This document shows positions 37,103-46,470 of a stretch of 64,000 bases of DNA, piece by piece. Numbering within the stretch: the first letter of the stretch is position 1; every line of letters begins with the position of its first letter. The translations under genes and the position numbers were made by a program. Origin of the DNA: a virus. The notes beneath the pieces are model-generated. The model was not told the DNA's origin, ran no database searches, and saw nothing but the letters and a program-made list of their open reading frames with translations. Location of the stretch: IMG/VR virus record IMGVR_UViG_3300020057_000001, positions 64,001 through 128,000 of that record; one strand, written 5' to 3'.

Positions 37103-38536
37103 TTATTCGGCGCGCCATTTTGTATCGATAAGCATAACTAGTTGGCGTTGCTTACCCGTGTAAAGGATACCATTGCAATGCATCCAAGTCGATGCACCCT
37201 TATCGTTGTACCCGAGTTTGAGAAAAGTTGAGGTTCCTACTTGCCAGCAGCCACCCGGATGGATACCGGGACTATGCGAGTGACCCACAAAACAATCTCC
37301 GACCGCTTTAGATAATCCCGCTAGTCCGCCTTTAGAGCCGTTAAGTCCAAGGTGCCCATGTTGTGAAAACTCTACTCCTTCTACTTTAAATGATGCTGCG
37401 GCGGACAGCCAATTCCAACTTCCATCTGGGTCGGTAGCGTATGATAGTGGGTTGTGTCCTTGGCGAAGTTTTACTGCCAGTTCTAGCGCGATTTCGATGT
37501 TTTGTACATCGTTCACAAATCGCATTTCGTTCAGGTAGCGGCTTAAAAAGTAGTCGTGGTTACTCTCTTTAACGTAGCATTCTGTGTGTGCGGGTAGAAA
37601 AGATTTAATCGTATTCAGTAGTTCGCCGCAGACCTCAAGTTCCGCGTCCAAAGTGGCGATATGTGTATGTACGAGGGAACGGTCAATCTTTTTAGTTTCA
37701 ATGTGATGATTCACAGAAGCGCCAGAAAATACGTCTTGAACAAACACTTTTTTAGGAAGGACTACAGATGCTAAGTCTTGTAAAAACGCTAGAGCCACAG
37801 GATCAGTTTCCCCAGCATGTAAGTCGCCGACTTCGATTGCCTCTGCTTGCTCTTTCCAAGTTGAGCCGTCAGCAAAGTAGCGTGTACCAAGGTCGATTAT
37901 GGAGTTATTCTCAGCATGCGCCTGAAGTTGACGAAGATGAAAAATATCGTCGTCTATCTCTATTACCAGTGCGCCGTAAACGTGCCGCTGTTCCGCCAAT
38001 TTGCCTGGACGAGTTGGTTGATAGTTGGGTTGCGTCACGACACCAGTTGAGTGCACGATACGTGGCAAAGACCCGATCTTACCGGGCAGCATGCGCATGG
38101 ATTGTACGGGTGCCGCAACAATAAGGCTGATTCGTTCACCATTGTCTAGCGACAGCTCGCTTAGACCCCGTAGAGGGTCTACGAGTTGCGGAACGTTTTG
38201 AATGTCAAAAGCAACAAGGTTTGAATTAAATCGGTAGCTCGTTACTAATTGACCACTTTTGAAATACTTTGTAAGAGGTGAATCGTAAAACTCGTCTTGT
38301 TTTTCTAAGGCGCGTTGATGCGGGCGCATCCCTAGAATGATAAGGGTGGCATTATTCTGATGGCAGTAGGCTTCAAGGCTTTTTAAAAAGTCTTTGTTCA
38401 CGTACGCGTTCTGCACTGCGGCAGTAACGACAAAGCGCCCTTGTGTGTGGTCAGCCGTAATGTTCTGAGCTTCGAGGGAGTCTCGGGTAATTGCGTTGGG
38501 TTTTTTCTCTTTTTTAATCTTTGTCGTATCGGTCAT
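37103..38536 (-). CDS. Calcineurin-like metallophosphoesterase protein
   Basis: GDLH, QDVF, SNHD, HGH, GHSH motifs. Confidence 0.8.
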   Translation of the reverse strand: MTDTTKIKKEKKPNAITRDSLEAQNITADHTQGRFVVTAAVQNAYVNKDFLKSLEAYCHQNNATLIILGMRPHQRALEKQDEFYDSPLTKYFKSGQLVTSYRFNSNLVAFDIQNVPQLVDPLRGLSELSLDNGERISLIVAAPVQSMRMLPGKIGSLPRIVHSTGVVTQPNYQPTRPGKLAEQRHVYGALVIEIDDDIFHLRQLQAHAENNSIIDLGTRYFADGSTWKEQAEAIEVGDLHAGETDPVALAFLQDLASVVLPKKVFVQDVFSGASVNHHIETKKIDRSLVHTHIATLDAELEVCGELLNTIKSFLPAHTECYVKESNHDYFLSRYLNEMRFVNDVQNIEIALELAVKLRQGHNPLSYATDPDGSWNWLSAAASFKVEGVEFSQHGHLGLNGSKGGLAGLSKAVGDCFVGHSHSPGIHPGGCWQVGTSTFLKLGYNDKGASTWMHCNGILYTGKQRQLVMLIDTKWRAE

Positions 38537-38543
38537 AAAACTC

Positions 38544-38843
38544 CTAGAGTCGTTGAAATGTGGACTTTTGAAAGCGGTTCAAGTTGTCTTCTTGGTCTTT
38601 TTTTCGAGCGTGTTCGTCTGACACTTTCTTTGATAAATGTGCTGAATCGTAAATGGGATACATATGCCGGTATCCAATGCTCGTACCGACGGTGGTGATA
38701 GTTTTCGGGCTTTCTTTTAACCAAAGACACTCGCTGTCCGAACCATCCCGTTTACGAAACCCGTCCTCTAAGGGCTCTACTTCGTCGTCGAATAAGTCGA
38801 GTGTGCGATCGCAGTGCACACAGTGGAATTTGTACATCGGCAT
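38544..38843 (-). CDS. FmdB-like zinc-ribbon protein
   Basis: MPMYKFHCVHC N-terminus. Confidence 0.55.
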   Translation of the reverse strand: MPMYKFHCVHCDRTLDLFDDEVEPLEDGFRKRDGSDSECLWLKESPKTITTVGTSIGYRHMYPIYDSAHLSKKVSDEHARKKDQEDNLNRFQKSTFQRL

Positions 38844-38844
38844 T

Positions 38845-39522
38845 TCATGCCTCGACTATAGCGAAATGTTTGTTTTGCCAATTTTTAATTTCGTCAGTGG
38901 AAAGTTTCTTGAGCCAATTTTTAGAAGCGTTGTCAAAAAAGAACCCTTCAGCTTTTGCGAAGTCTTTTTGATGAAACGAAACCAAGGCTTTAACCGTCTT
39001 TTTTGGCTGTAGAGCATCCTGTATAACACTGTCGAGGTTCGGTAGAGCGCATAAGATTTGAATCAACAAGCGCACGTCGGCTGCTGCCCTATGGAGTTTT
39101 AAAACAGGCAATCCAAGGTCAACGGCAATGTGCGAGAGTTTGCTGGCCTTCGTGCCCGTGATTCGAATGTCTTCGCGTGTGCAAAGAAAAGGGCGGTCGA
39201 TCGGCAAGCCTAGCATCTGTAGGCGAGGAGCATCAAACTTTACGTTATGGGCGACAAGGGCGTCTGCTTGAGAAGCGTAGTAAGACAGTATACAAAGACC
39301 AACGTTGAGCCATTCAGGGCTAGAGGGGATTTCTTGAAGGGCTGCGTCAGGTATACCGTTGACGTGAAAGGTCGCGTTGAGTTTGTCAGTCTTCACCAAA
39401 AAACTAAACTCAGCCAGTACTTCTTTTGTCGTCGTAGACAAAAGAGCCCCTGCCACTTCAATAACAGGGTCGTCGGCGAGGTCGAGCCCTGTAGTTTCAG
39501 TATCTAGTACAAGTAGTTTCAC
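38845..39522 (-). CDS. DEDDh 3'-5' exonuclease (DnaQ-like)
   Basis: LDTETTG, AHNVKFD, HRAAADV. Confidence 0.9.
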   Translation of the reverse strand: MKLLVLDTETTGLDLADDPVIEVAGALLSTTTKEVLAEFSFLVKTDKLNATFHVNGIPDAALQEIPSSPEWLNVGLCILSYYASQADALVAHNVKFDAPRLQMLGLPIDRPFLCTREDIRITGTKASKLSHIAVDLGLPVLKLHRAAADVRLLIQILCALPNLDSVIQDALQPKKTVKALVSFHQKDFAKAEGFFFDNASKNWLKKLSTDEIKNWQNKHFAIVEA

Positions 39523-42149
39523 CCACCACCCCCATGCCGAGCTTGCTCTTGAAAGAGCATCCGAGCTTCATTGATTTTCCCAAGGTCCGCAGTTACGGCT
39601 ATACATCCGGTAGTGGCGCACAAAATCCCAAGTTCCACACCGTTGCGAATTACAGACGTGACCGTCACGGACGAATCTGCTACACCGAGGTCCCGGAAGT
39701 CCCCGATAACAACCCCACTTTCTTCAAAGCGGACAGTTGTCGTACCCGTATCGGCTAGTGCTAGATCAAAAGTTAGCGCAGTTCCGTAATTTTCACATAA
39801 TTGTAAAAGAACGGATTTAAAAGCTTCGCTCAAACCAGCCGACATGCCCGATGCCCTTGCAGCGTAGATGTAAGACATGCCTGCGCCAGGGACGACGCCG
39901 TTGCGGGAAGCTGCTTGAACGGCTTGAATAGCATCGTCAACTCGGTCGGCTCTTTCTTGAATGCTTGCAGAGTGCCCGCCACCGACAGAAATTGTAACCA
40001 GACCGCCCGTGAGTTCGGCGTTGCGTGCCGAAATAACATCGGCACCTTGGCGTGTGGGCGCAAAGCTAACAGCTTTTTCGTTCTGCGCAGCTCGCTCGGG
40101 AATCGTGTGCTTTGCCGCACGACCTGTGAGGATAGTCTTAAAGGGCTGCACCTCAATAGAGGTACAAGTACCTAGGTCGTCGTAGGTGGACGTTCGGTAA
40201 CTAGCGCCATCTTGCAGGGTGGCGCACGTGATAGCGGAAATGTCCAAGAGTCTCTGATACTCGACGTTCATTTCCGGGCTTAAAGCGAGTTTCGATAAAA
40301 AGATGCGTCCTGTGTGCTTTCCGTGAGCGAGGTTGCGGTTCTGCACCATTACCTCGTTGGCAAGACCTTCACCGATATCTTTTGCGAAACAGACCAAGTG
40401 TTGCTTGAATTGCCCATTGCTCTGGGCAGCAATACTGTTAACAGCTTGTGTGATCTGCTCCATGCTCTCAAGGTTCCCATTGTAGATAAAGACTGCGGGA
40501 CCTTGAAGAACAAAAGAGTCGTTCTCGGCAGATTTTTCTGACACTGAAATAGCTAAGCTCTTGTGGTACTCGTACCCACGACCTGCACAGTAACCGTTTT
40601 GGCGTACAATTTTGTAGAGTTCATTCTGCAAAGCATCTTTTGCGATAGTGACCGTCCCATAGGCACCTACGTTGTCTAGGGCTTCTAGCGCAGCGGTGGC
40701 GATGTCGGAATCGCCATTAGAAGAAGTCATAGCTACGTGGTGTAAAAGGCTCGCATCTCGGATAGCAAGTTCCTCTACCTTGAGAATGGCTGCTTCTGCT
40801 TCTCGTTTAAATTGACGGGCGAGAGCTTGAGGATTTTTAGAAGAACTGTTGAGTATAGCGCTGGATACTGCCGCCGCAAGCACGAGAGTGGACGTCGTGT
40901 TGTGGGTGACAATGAAATTGTCTGTGATGTAAAGATTGTCAGGGTTACTGACTTTTATACACATCATAGGGGTTGTAACCCCTGTGGCTGTAATTTTGTC
41001 TAGCCTATTTCCGTACTTAAAGTTTTCTAAATGTGTGACGCTCCAGATCGGCGGCGGGAAGTAGAGGTTACCTTCTTCGTGTTTCTGTAGCGACATCTTT
41101 ACAGGTTTACCTAAACTGAGGCAAAGGTCGGTAAAGTCTTGAGCCAGCTCTTTACTGACGCTGCTAAACGCAACCACGCTGCTGTTAGTCGTGTAAGCGT
41201 CAGCGTCTGTTAAACCTTGAAATAATTTTTCACGATGATTCGCAGTTGTGTAGAGGTATGATTTAGGGATAAATTGTGCGCCTAGCAATCCTATAGACGC
41301 AAGAATTTGTTGCATGGTCTTACCGTCGGTCGAACGTCCCTGTATGCTTACGCGAAATGAAGAATCACTTACTACGTAGGTAGAAGAGAGGTTAAACCCT
41401 TCGGGAAGAACCAACTTAGCGATAATGTGCTCTTTTGGCTTACTCAAAGAAATTTCAACAGATCCCGTACCACGAAGTGAGACATCGCCAAGTAAGACAC
41501 CCACGAGGTATGGGTCGAGAGGCATCTCTGCCTCATTGTTGCAGAATTGGACGTGAGTGAGAGGCGAGTAGTATCGTTTTTGGGTCTCTCCTTCGTTGTT
41601 AGCAATTATATAATCTTTGGCTAAATCACCCGTTGTTTTTGTTTCTAATCGAGGGCCGGTAGTACCCGCGTTTGTAACAGTCCAGAGGTGGTCGGCGCAG
41701 CATTCCACCTCGCGGTTGTCACTGAACAGCAGTTTGTAAATCTCTCGCTCGCCTTTAGGGAACACCCCTAAGACGGTTTGAATGGTTCCGTTTGTCCCAC
41801 AGATTCCCATGCCTACTGTGACGTCCCGCATCTCAATGAAGCCTTTAGGTGTCAGCACTTTAGAGTACAGAGGCTGAGGGCCGTCGCCTGCATCTAATAC
41901 TGTCTTGGCAGAAGACTGGTTGCAGAAGTAATGAATGGCGTGCTCTATCGGGTCGTTGAATTCTAATGCCTTTAAGACAGTAATACCGTCCTTGGTGTAA
42001 GTGGCACAAAAATCACCGAGCGGGTCACGCTTTTCAATAATTGCGGGTTTGCCGGAAGGTCCGAGGGTGGACCCCACCGCTTGAGCGATCTTCGAGAGAG
42101 CTTCTACGGCTTTGCGTGAAGCGTCCTGTATTTCTAAAGTTTTTGTCAT
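39519..42149 (-). CDS. groEL: GroEL-like chaperonin interrupted by an intein (about 549 aa after splicing)
   Basis: STLGPSG, TKDGITV, AGDG|intein|TTS, ERADRVDDAI..GVVPGAG, Gly tail. Start moved to ATG 42149. Confidence 0.9.
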   Translation of the reverse strand: MTKTLEIQDASRKAVEALSKIAQAVGSTLGPSGKPAIIEKRDPLGDFCATYTKDGITVLKALEFNDPIEHAIHYFCNQSSAKTVLDAGDGPQPLYSKVLTPKGFIEMRDVTVGMGICGTNGTIQTVLGVFPKGEREIYKLLFSDNREVECCADHLWTVTNAGTTGPRLETKTTGDLAKDYIIANNEGETQKRYYSPLTHVQFCNNEAEMPLDPYLVGVLLGDVSLRGTGSVEISLSKPKEHIIAKLVLPEGFNLSSTYVVSDSSFRVSIQGRSTDGKTMQQILASIGLLGAQFIPKSYLYTTANHREKLFQGLTDADAYTTNSSVVAFSSVSKELAQDFTDLCLSLGKPVKMSLQKHEEGNLYFPPPIWSVTHLENFKYGNRLDKITATGVTTPMMCIKVSNPDNLYITDNFIVTHNTTSTLVLAAAVSSAILNSSSKNPQALARQFKREAEAAILKVEELAIRDASLLHHVAMTSSNGDSDIATAALEALDNVGAYGTVTIAKDALQNELYKIVRQNGYCAGRGYEYHKSLAISVSEKSAENDSFVLQGPAVFIYNGNLESMEQITQAVNSIAAQSNGQFKQHLVCFAKDIGEGLANEVMVQNRNLAHGKHTGRIFLSKLALSPEMNVEYQRLLDISAITCATLQDGASYRTSTYDDLGTCTSIEVQPFKTILTGRAAKHTIPERAAQNEKAVSFAPTRQGADVISARNAELTGGLVTISVGGGHSASIQERADRVDDAIQAVQAASRNGVVPGAGMSYIYAARASGMSAGLSEAFKSVLLQLCENYGTALTFDLALADTGTTTVRFEESGVVIGDFRDLGVADSSVTVTSVIRNGVELGILCATTGCIAVTADLGKINEARMLFQEQARHGGGG
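40899..41879 (-). mobile_element. Class 3 intein (327 aa) with a degenerate LAGLIDADG homing endonuclease
   Basis: Begins PQPLYSKVLTP (Pro1). Block B CCADHLW (Trp), block F MMCIKV (Cys), block G VTHN|T (Thr) give the WCT triad. LAGLIDADG remnants LVGVLLGDV and LFQGLTDADA. Confidence 0.9.
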
Positions 42150-42817
42150 GGCAAATCCTCGTATTTTTTGAGTAGTGTAGCGGCTTCGTCCATGCTCTTG
42201 GCGAAACACTCTACCTGTACTTTAAATGTTTTGGCAAAAGATAACAGGTTGACGTCAGGTGGGTTACCCCAGACTAATTTACGGTGGCGTAACGGATGCA
42301 CAAGGCAGAGCGTTAAAAGCCCGAGGTCCCAAGCAAACTGCCCATAGGAAGTTTTGGCAACAGGTTCTTTCACGTCGTGAGAATACGGTGTTAGATCCCA
42401 TACGTTCCCTGCGTTGGTTGAGTCTTCTCGGTACCATGAGGTTTGGTCCCAGGTCGGAGGCGTCGTGCCTTTGGAAAGAATGACTGCGGCCTCGCCTAGT
42501 TTGGATAGTGTGCCTCTTTTCGAGGTCGTCTGGTAGTGCATAAACACGACGTCACCAAACGTAAGCTGCGGGTACGCCGAAAGGTCTGCGGTATGCGACA
42601 TCGCTTTTACAAGGTCCATCTTGCTATGTCTAAAGGTCAGTAAGGTGACACTATCACTAGAGGTGCCTTGGTTCAAACGAGTGAGGAGGGTTTTTGCTTC
42701 TTCTTGTTTGACGGGCATGTTGAACACGTAGACGTCGGCACTCGGCATAGGGGCTTCCCACACACTGTCAGTGCTGACGACTTGAATTGAGATAAGATTG
42801 TCTTCAGACTTCATCAT
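42146..42817 (-). CDS. Hypothetical protein, possibly a degenerate DNA-methyltransferase-like fold
   Basis: GNVWDL...FAWDL resembles the C-terminal part of beta-class N4/N6 MTases, but no DPPY or FxGxG motif is present. Confidence 0.4.
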   Translation of the reverse strand: MMKSEDNLISIQVVSTDSVWEAPMPSADVYVFNMPVKQEEAKTLLTRLNQGTSSDSVTLLTFRHSKMDLVKAMSHTADLSAYPQLTFGDVVFMHYQTTSKRGTLSKLGEAAVILSKGTTPPTWDQTSWYREDSTNAGNVWDLTPYSHDVKEPVAKTSYGQFAWDLGLLTLCLVHPLRHRKLVWGNPPDVNLLSFAKTFKVQVECFAKSMDEAATLLKKYEDLP

Positions 42818-43178
42818 CGGGGGTAGCCTCTTTTGCAAACTTAGAGAAGCCTGCTTGGTCGTGTCGGTTAAATGCAACGATGTCCGTAAGGACAACTTCT
42901 TGAATTAAGTCTTCTGTTATAGTTTTGTCGGCTTCTTCAAACTCTACGTAGAAACTGCTCATAAAACCGTGAGCGATTACTACAGAGCCGCGCTTGACAT
43001 GCTGTAAAGCATGACGAGCTACATCGTCTTTCGCAACTACCGTGTGGGGGAAGGATTCACCTCGGCTGTTTACGATACCGATATCAAATTTAACTAGGGA
43101 GCCGCCGTTTCGGCGGGTTTTTACGTTAAGGTCAGAAGTTACAACCCCCATCAACTCACACCTGAAGTACGAAAACAT
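42804..43178 (-). CDS. SSB-like OB-fold protein
   Basis: LMGVVTSD...VKFDI...HTVVA...HVKRGSVVIAHG pattern of bacterial SSB N-domain; acidic tail. Confidence 0.6.
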   Translation of the reverse strand: MFSYFRCELMGVVTSDLNVKTRRNGGSLVKFDIGIVNSRGESFPHTVVAKDDVARHALQHVKRGSVVIAHGFMSSFYVEFEEADKTITEDLIQEVVLTDIVAFNRHDQAGFSKFAKEATPDDEV

Positions 43179-43238
43179 TTTTAAATCCTTTTTAAAATTT
43201 CTAGCACTTCTGTAGTGTAACGGGCGCTAAGAAAAAAA

Positions 43239-45050
43239 TCAAGCGAGGCTGTTCCAGTCTAGGTGCTGGGCGGTCGAGAGAGGGTTGTCGCAAGTAGGAG
43301 CACCCGTGAGGCTCCTCTTACCTTCGCGTGCTTTGTTTGACGCAGCGGTGTAATGCCCTAGATACACGTCTTTGTAAATGACCGTTTGAACTTCTTTCGA
43401 TAGCTTAAAAGGTATATTAAAGGTATCCGTAAATTCCTTTACCGCAGGTTTAAACGATTCCAGTCTGCCACCCAGTCTTTGCTGTATAACAACGAATACA
43501 GCGTCGATCAGTTGGTTTATCAAACTCACCATATGACTTTCAACCATAAAAGAAGGCGTAAGGTATTGAGACGTCCCCAGTTCTATACGGCACAAGCAGT
43601 GCAACATAGCGGCTCTAGGGTTGCTAAAGCGCTCAGGGTACTGTTGAAATTCAGCTCGCACAAGCTGAGGTAGCAGACCAAAGTAAAACGCGTTAAAGTC
43701 GGGCGGTAACCTTGGGCCGTGTGTGTTTAACGGGTCGTAGGGGTTAATAAACGAACATCTTTCCCAGCCTAGCGAAGCAGCGTCCAGATCCTTTGTGTGC
43801 TCGTTAAAGTCAAAAAATTGCTGAGTATACGGGGGAAGCTCGCGCATAGGCGGAAACCCCTCAAGCGTGCGATCCGCTTTTGCTCGGTCGACATCTAGTT
43901 TGCCGTGGCGTGTGTAAGTAAGCCAACAGAAAGGCCGATGTTGATAAATGACAGCTACTTTACGGTAGTTCTCAAGCACTAGCTCATGGTACTTGGCAAG
44001 CTGCTCCGTAGAGGAGAAGAGCCACTGATCTGGCGCCTCGCCGCAATCCACACGCCTGAAGTACTCTACCCACCACGTGTAACGCGCCATCTCGGTAATG
44101 TTTTCACGGTAAGGGATGAACATGGGCGCTACGCTCTCGTTCATGTCGAGTTCGCCCGTGTAGTAGTGGTCGGTACGAAAGTCTAAAAACACTTTTAATT
44201 GTGCATGGAGTTTATACTTTTCGTCTCGTTCAGGCAAACCCCCGGATGCACGTTGCAGCACTAAGCCTCGGAGGGTTTTCTCAATTGCTTCGGTGTATTG
44301 GATGGACGAAGAAAAATCGTTGTTCCGTGCTTTGACAGCAGCGAAGTAAAAATAATCTTTTGGCTTTTCTACGTAGGTGGTTATCCACTTTAAAAACGTA
44401 GTGAAATACTCGGGGCGCAGTCGCGGGTGAATATCAAAGGGGGTCATGTAGATATGCGCTATTTTCTCTGCGGGCTCTTCGGGCTCAAGTTGTACGGCTA
44501 TGTGCCCGAAGCGCATAGGTAAGGCTAGGCGCGTCATGAGGCAGCTACGTCTCTCTATACCGTCCCAGAATTCTAACCCACCAAACAGAAAAGTCAGGAT
44601 TTTCGAAAACAGAAACTGGATATCGTCGCTGTCTTCAGGGTTTTGCCACGCTGCGGGACTGACGCAACCAATACGCTCGTCTAGTATCTCTAAAAGCTCG
44701 CGATGCGTAGCGACGGGCATCGGGATAACATCCATCTTGGTCGGGTTACAAGTGAAATACTCGTAAAACACGTTACCGGAGACGTCAGGGCTAGGGAAGT
44801 AGGGGTCAATGAGAGGACGGAAGTTAACCATGTCCGTTTTTGAATTTTCATGAAACTCAATAAAAGAGGGGTCGTATACAACGCGCCCGTTGAAGGAGCC
44901 GTTGAATGCGGGGTTTACGGTAGGGCGCTTCCCTGCGGCGTAGAGAGCTTTAATCTTCTCTAGAGTAGGGTCACGTACCACGACGTCGTCGTGAAGAGTA
45001 GTAGATCTAAGCGCCGTGACATTTGCAATAGCTCGTTTTTTCTTAATCAC
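43239..45050 (-). CDS. Large hypothetical protein
   Basis: 603-aa aromatic-rich ORF with no recognised motif. Confidence 0.7.
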   Translation of the reverse strand: MIKKKRAIANVTALRSTTLHDDVVVRDPTLEKIKALYAAGKRPTVNPAFNGSFNGRVVYDPSFIEFHENSKTDMVNFRPLIDPYFPSPDVSGNVFYEYFTCNPTKMDVIPMPVATHRELLEILDERIGCVSPAAWQNPEDSDDIQFLFSKILTFLFGGLEFWDGIERRSCLMTRLALPMRFGHIAVQLEPEEPAEKIAHIYMTPFDIHPRLRPEYFTTFLKWITTYVEKPKDYFYFAAVKARNNDFSSSIQYTEAIEKTLRGLVLQRASGGLPERDEKYKLHAQLKVFLDFRTDHYYTGELDMNESVAPMFIPYRENITEMARYTWWVEYFRRVDCGEAPDQWLFSSTEQLAKYHELVLENYRKVAVIYQHRPFCWLTYTRHGKLDVDRAKADRTLEGFPPMRELPPYTQQFFDFNEHTKDLDAASLGWERCSFINPYDPLNTHGPRLPPDFNAFYFGLLPQLVRAEFQQYPERFSNPRAAMLHCLCRIELGTSQYLTPSFMVESHMVSLINQLIDAVFVVIQQRLGGRLESFKPAVKEFTDTFNIPFKLSKEVQTVIYKDVYLGHYTAASNKAREGKRSLTGAPTCDNPLSTAQHLDWNSLA

Positions 45051-45063
45051 TGGTTTGTAAATC

Positions 45064-46053
45064 CTATTTAGAACGTGTGTGGGTATTTAAGCGTTGCGTT
45101 AATGAAAGAGATTCGGTAAAATCTGTAGCCGCTTCGTGAAGAGCGTGTTCCGCAGCGGCATGAACTTCGGGCGTAGTTGCATCGTGTAGGAGAGCTACGC
45201 GGAATTCTTCTTCTACTAGTAACCCCGAGTTCACAGGGAGGTTAAACCGTTCAACGGCACTCAGTAAATGGCTCAGCTCCGTTCTGTAGGGTACCACGAG
45301 AGTATTGGCTGTGTTTGTATTAGCGAAGAGCAAAAACGGGCACAAGGAGAGTTTTCGATAGTCGAAGCAGTCAATCATCGGTGGAATCCCTGTAGTGTAC
45401 TGCTTATGTACCAGAGCACGGGCGGTCTCTATTTCAAAAGCCGAGGATGCGCAGTATTCAAAAACAGATTCAAGGTACTCGTTCCCTAGGGCTTTGTATA
45501 TAGCTGCACGGCTAGGGCGAAGCTGGCGTGCCAAATTAAGCGCTGTCAGGTCGGACGCTAGCAAACCAACAATATCGTAGCTCTCTGTAAAGATGCGAAG
45601 ACCTCGTTTAAGTAGTTCGGCCCTTATTATTACGGTATTGCGATTCAAACTAGACTTGTAGCTAAAGAAAAAGGAACCGGGTAACCGTGTACCTTGGCGT
45701 AGAGATGTTCTGCTTTTGGTGGATTCACCTACCGGAGAGGTAAGCCAGTTACTCATAGGCTTGAGTGTGTACTGGGGATGGTTACCGGCGGTATGCGTAA
45801 TATCAAGTACACCCCGAGACGTTAAATGTCTAAGTGCGGCAGCAACAGCGGTCTTTCCCATCCCTGTTGCGTCAGTGAGATTCTGGCGAGACGGCATGAA
45901 GGCGTCCGAGTGAAACAATAGATGCATCAGGATAACAAACCCCCCCGAATCGAGCCTTAAATCCAAAAGCTCCCGCCGCAGCGTAAGGTACTTAGTTGTT
46001 TTAGCTTTTACCGCTTGATACGTACTCTCAACATACTCTGATTTCCCTAACAT
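45064..46053 (-). CDS. Winged-HTH protein, probable replication initiator
   Basis: PSRQNLTDATGMGKTAVAAALRHLTSRGVL HTH typical of phage initiator N-domains; abuts the iteron region. Confidence 0.6.
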   Translation of the reverse strand: MLGKSEYVESTYQAVKAKTTKYLTLRRELLDLRLDSGGFVILMHLLFHSDAFMPSRQNLTDATGMGKTAVAAALRHLTSRGVLDITHTAGNHPQYTLKPMSNWLTSPVGESTKSRTSLRQGTRLPGSFFFSYKSSLNRNTVIIRAELLKRGLRIFTESYDIVGLLASDLTALNLARQLRPSRAAIYKALGNEYLESVFEYCASSAFEIETARALVHKQYTTGIPPMIDCFDYRKLSLCPFLLFANTNTANTLVVPYRTELSHLLSAVERFNLPVNSGLLVEEEFRVALLHDATTPEVHAAAEHALHEAATDFTESLSLTQRLNTHTRSK

Positions 46054-46093
46054 AAACCCTCTCAGTAAATTGCGATCAATACTACTTTCAACC

Positions 46094-46120
46094 GTATCGG
46101 CAGACCCAAACGAAAGTCAA
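46094..46120 (-). promoter_or_regulatory. sigma28-like promoter (TTGAC-N14-GCCGATAC)
   Basis: Consensus-like -10 GCCGATAC with the same 14-nt spacer, upstream of the ATG at 46053. Confidence 0.5.
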
Positions 46121-46150
46121 GCTCTATTTCTACCTGACCTAGAATTCAAC

Positions 46151-46470
46151 CCAAGGGGTACCCTGGTATCAAAACCGGACAGGGGGTACCCTGGTATCAA
46201 AACCAGCCAAGGGGTACCCTGTCCGGTTTGAAGGATAGCTTGTCCGGTTTTAATTTCCAAACAGGTACCCAACTAGTGCTTGTTAAGGTACCCACCCCGG
46301 TCATGTAAAGCAAAATTCTAAGTTTGTAATCAACCTGGGGTAGGCTGGTTTTAGGTACCCCCCCTGCCCGTGCGACGGGCAGCTATTAATAATAACTAAT
46401 AAAAACTTATTAATAAAAAAAAAAACTAACAATAAAACCAATGCGCGAGGCGCAAATTGCTGCGCGCTCC
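46151..46470. other. Putative replication origin: GGTACCC iterons + AT-rich unwinding element
   Basis: GGTACCC at 46157, 46185, 46213, 46264, 46287 and 46354; 22-bp direct repeat at 46155 and 46183; AT tract 46384-46440; located at the strand switch next to the HTH gene. Confidence 0.65.
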
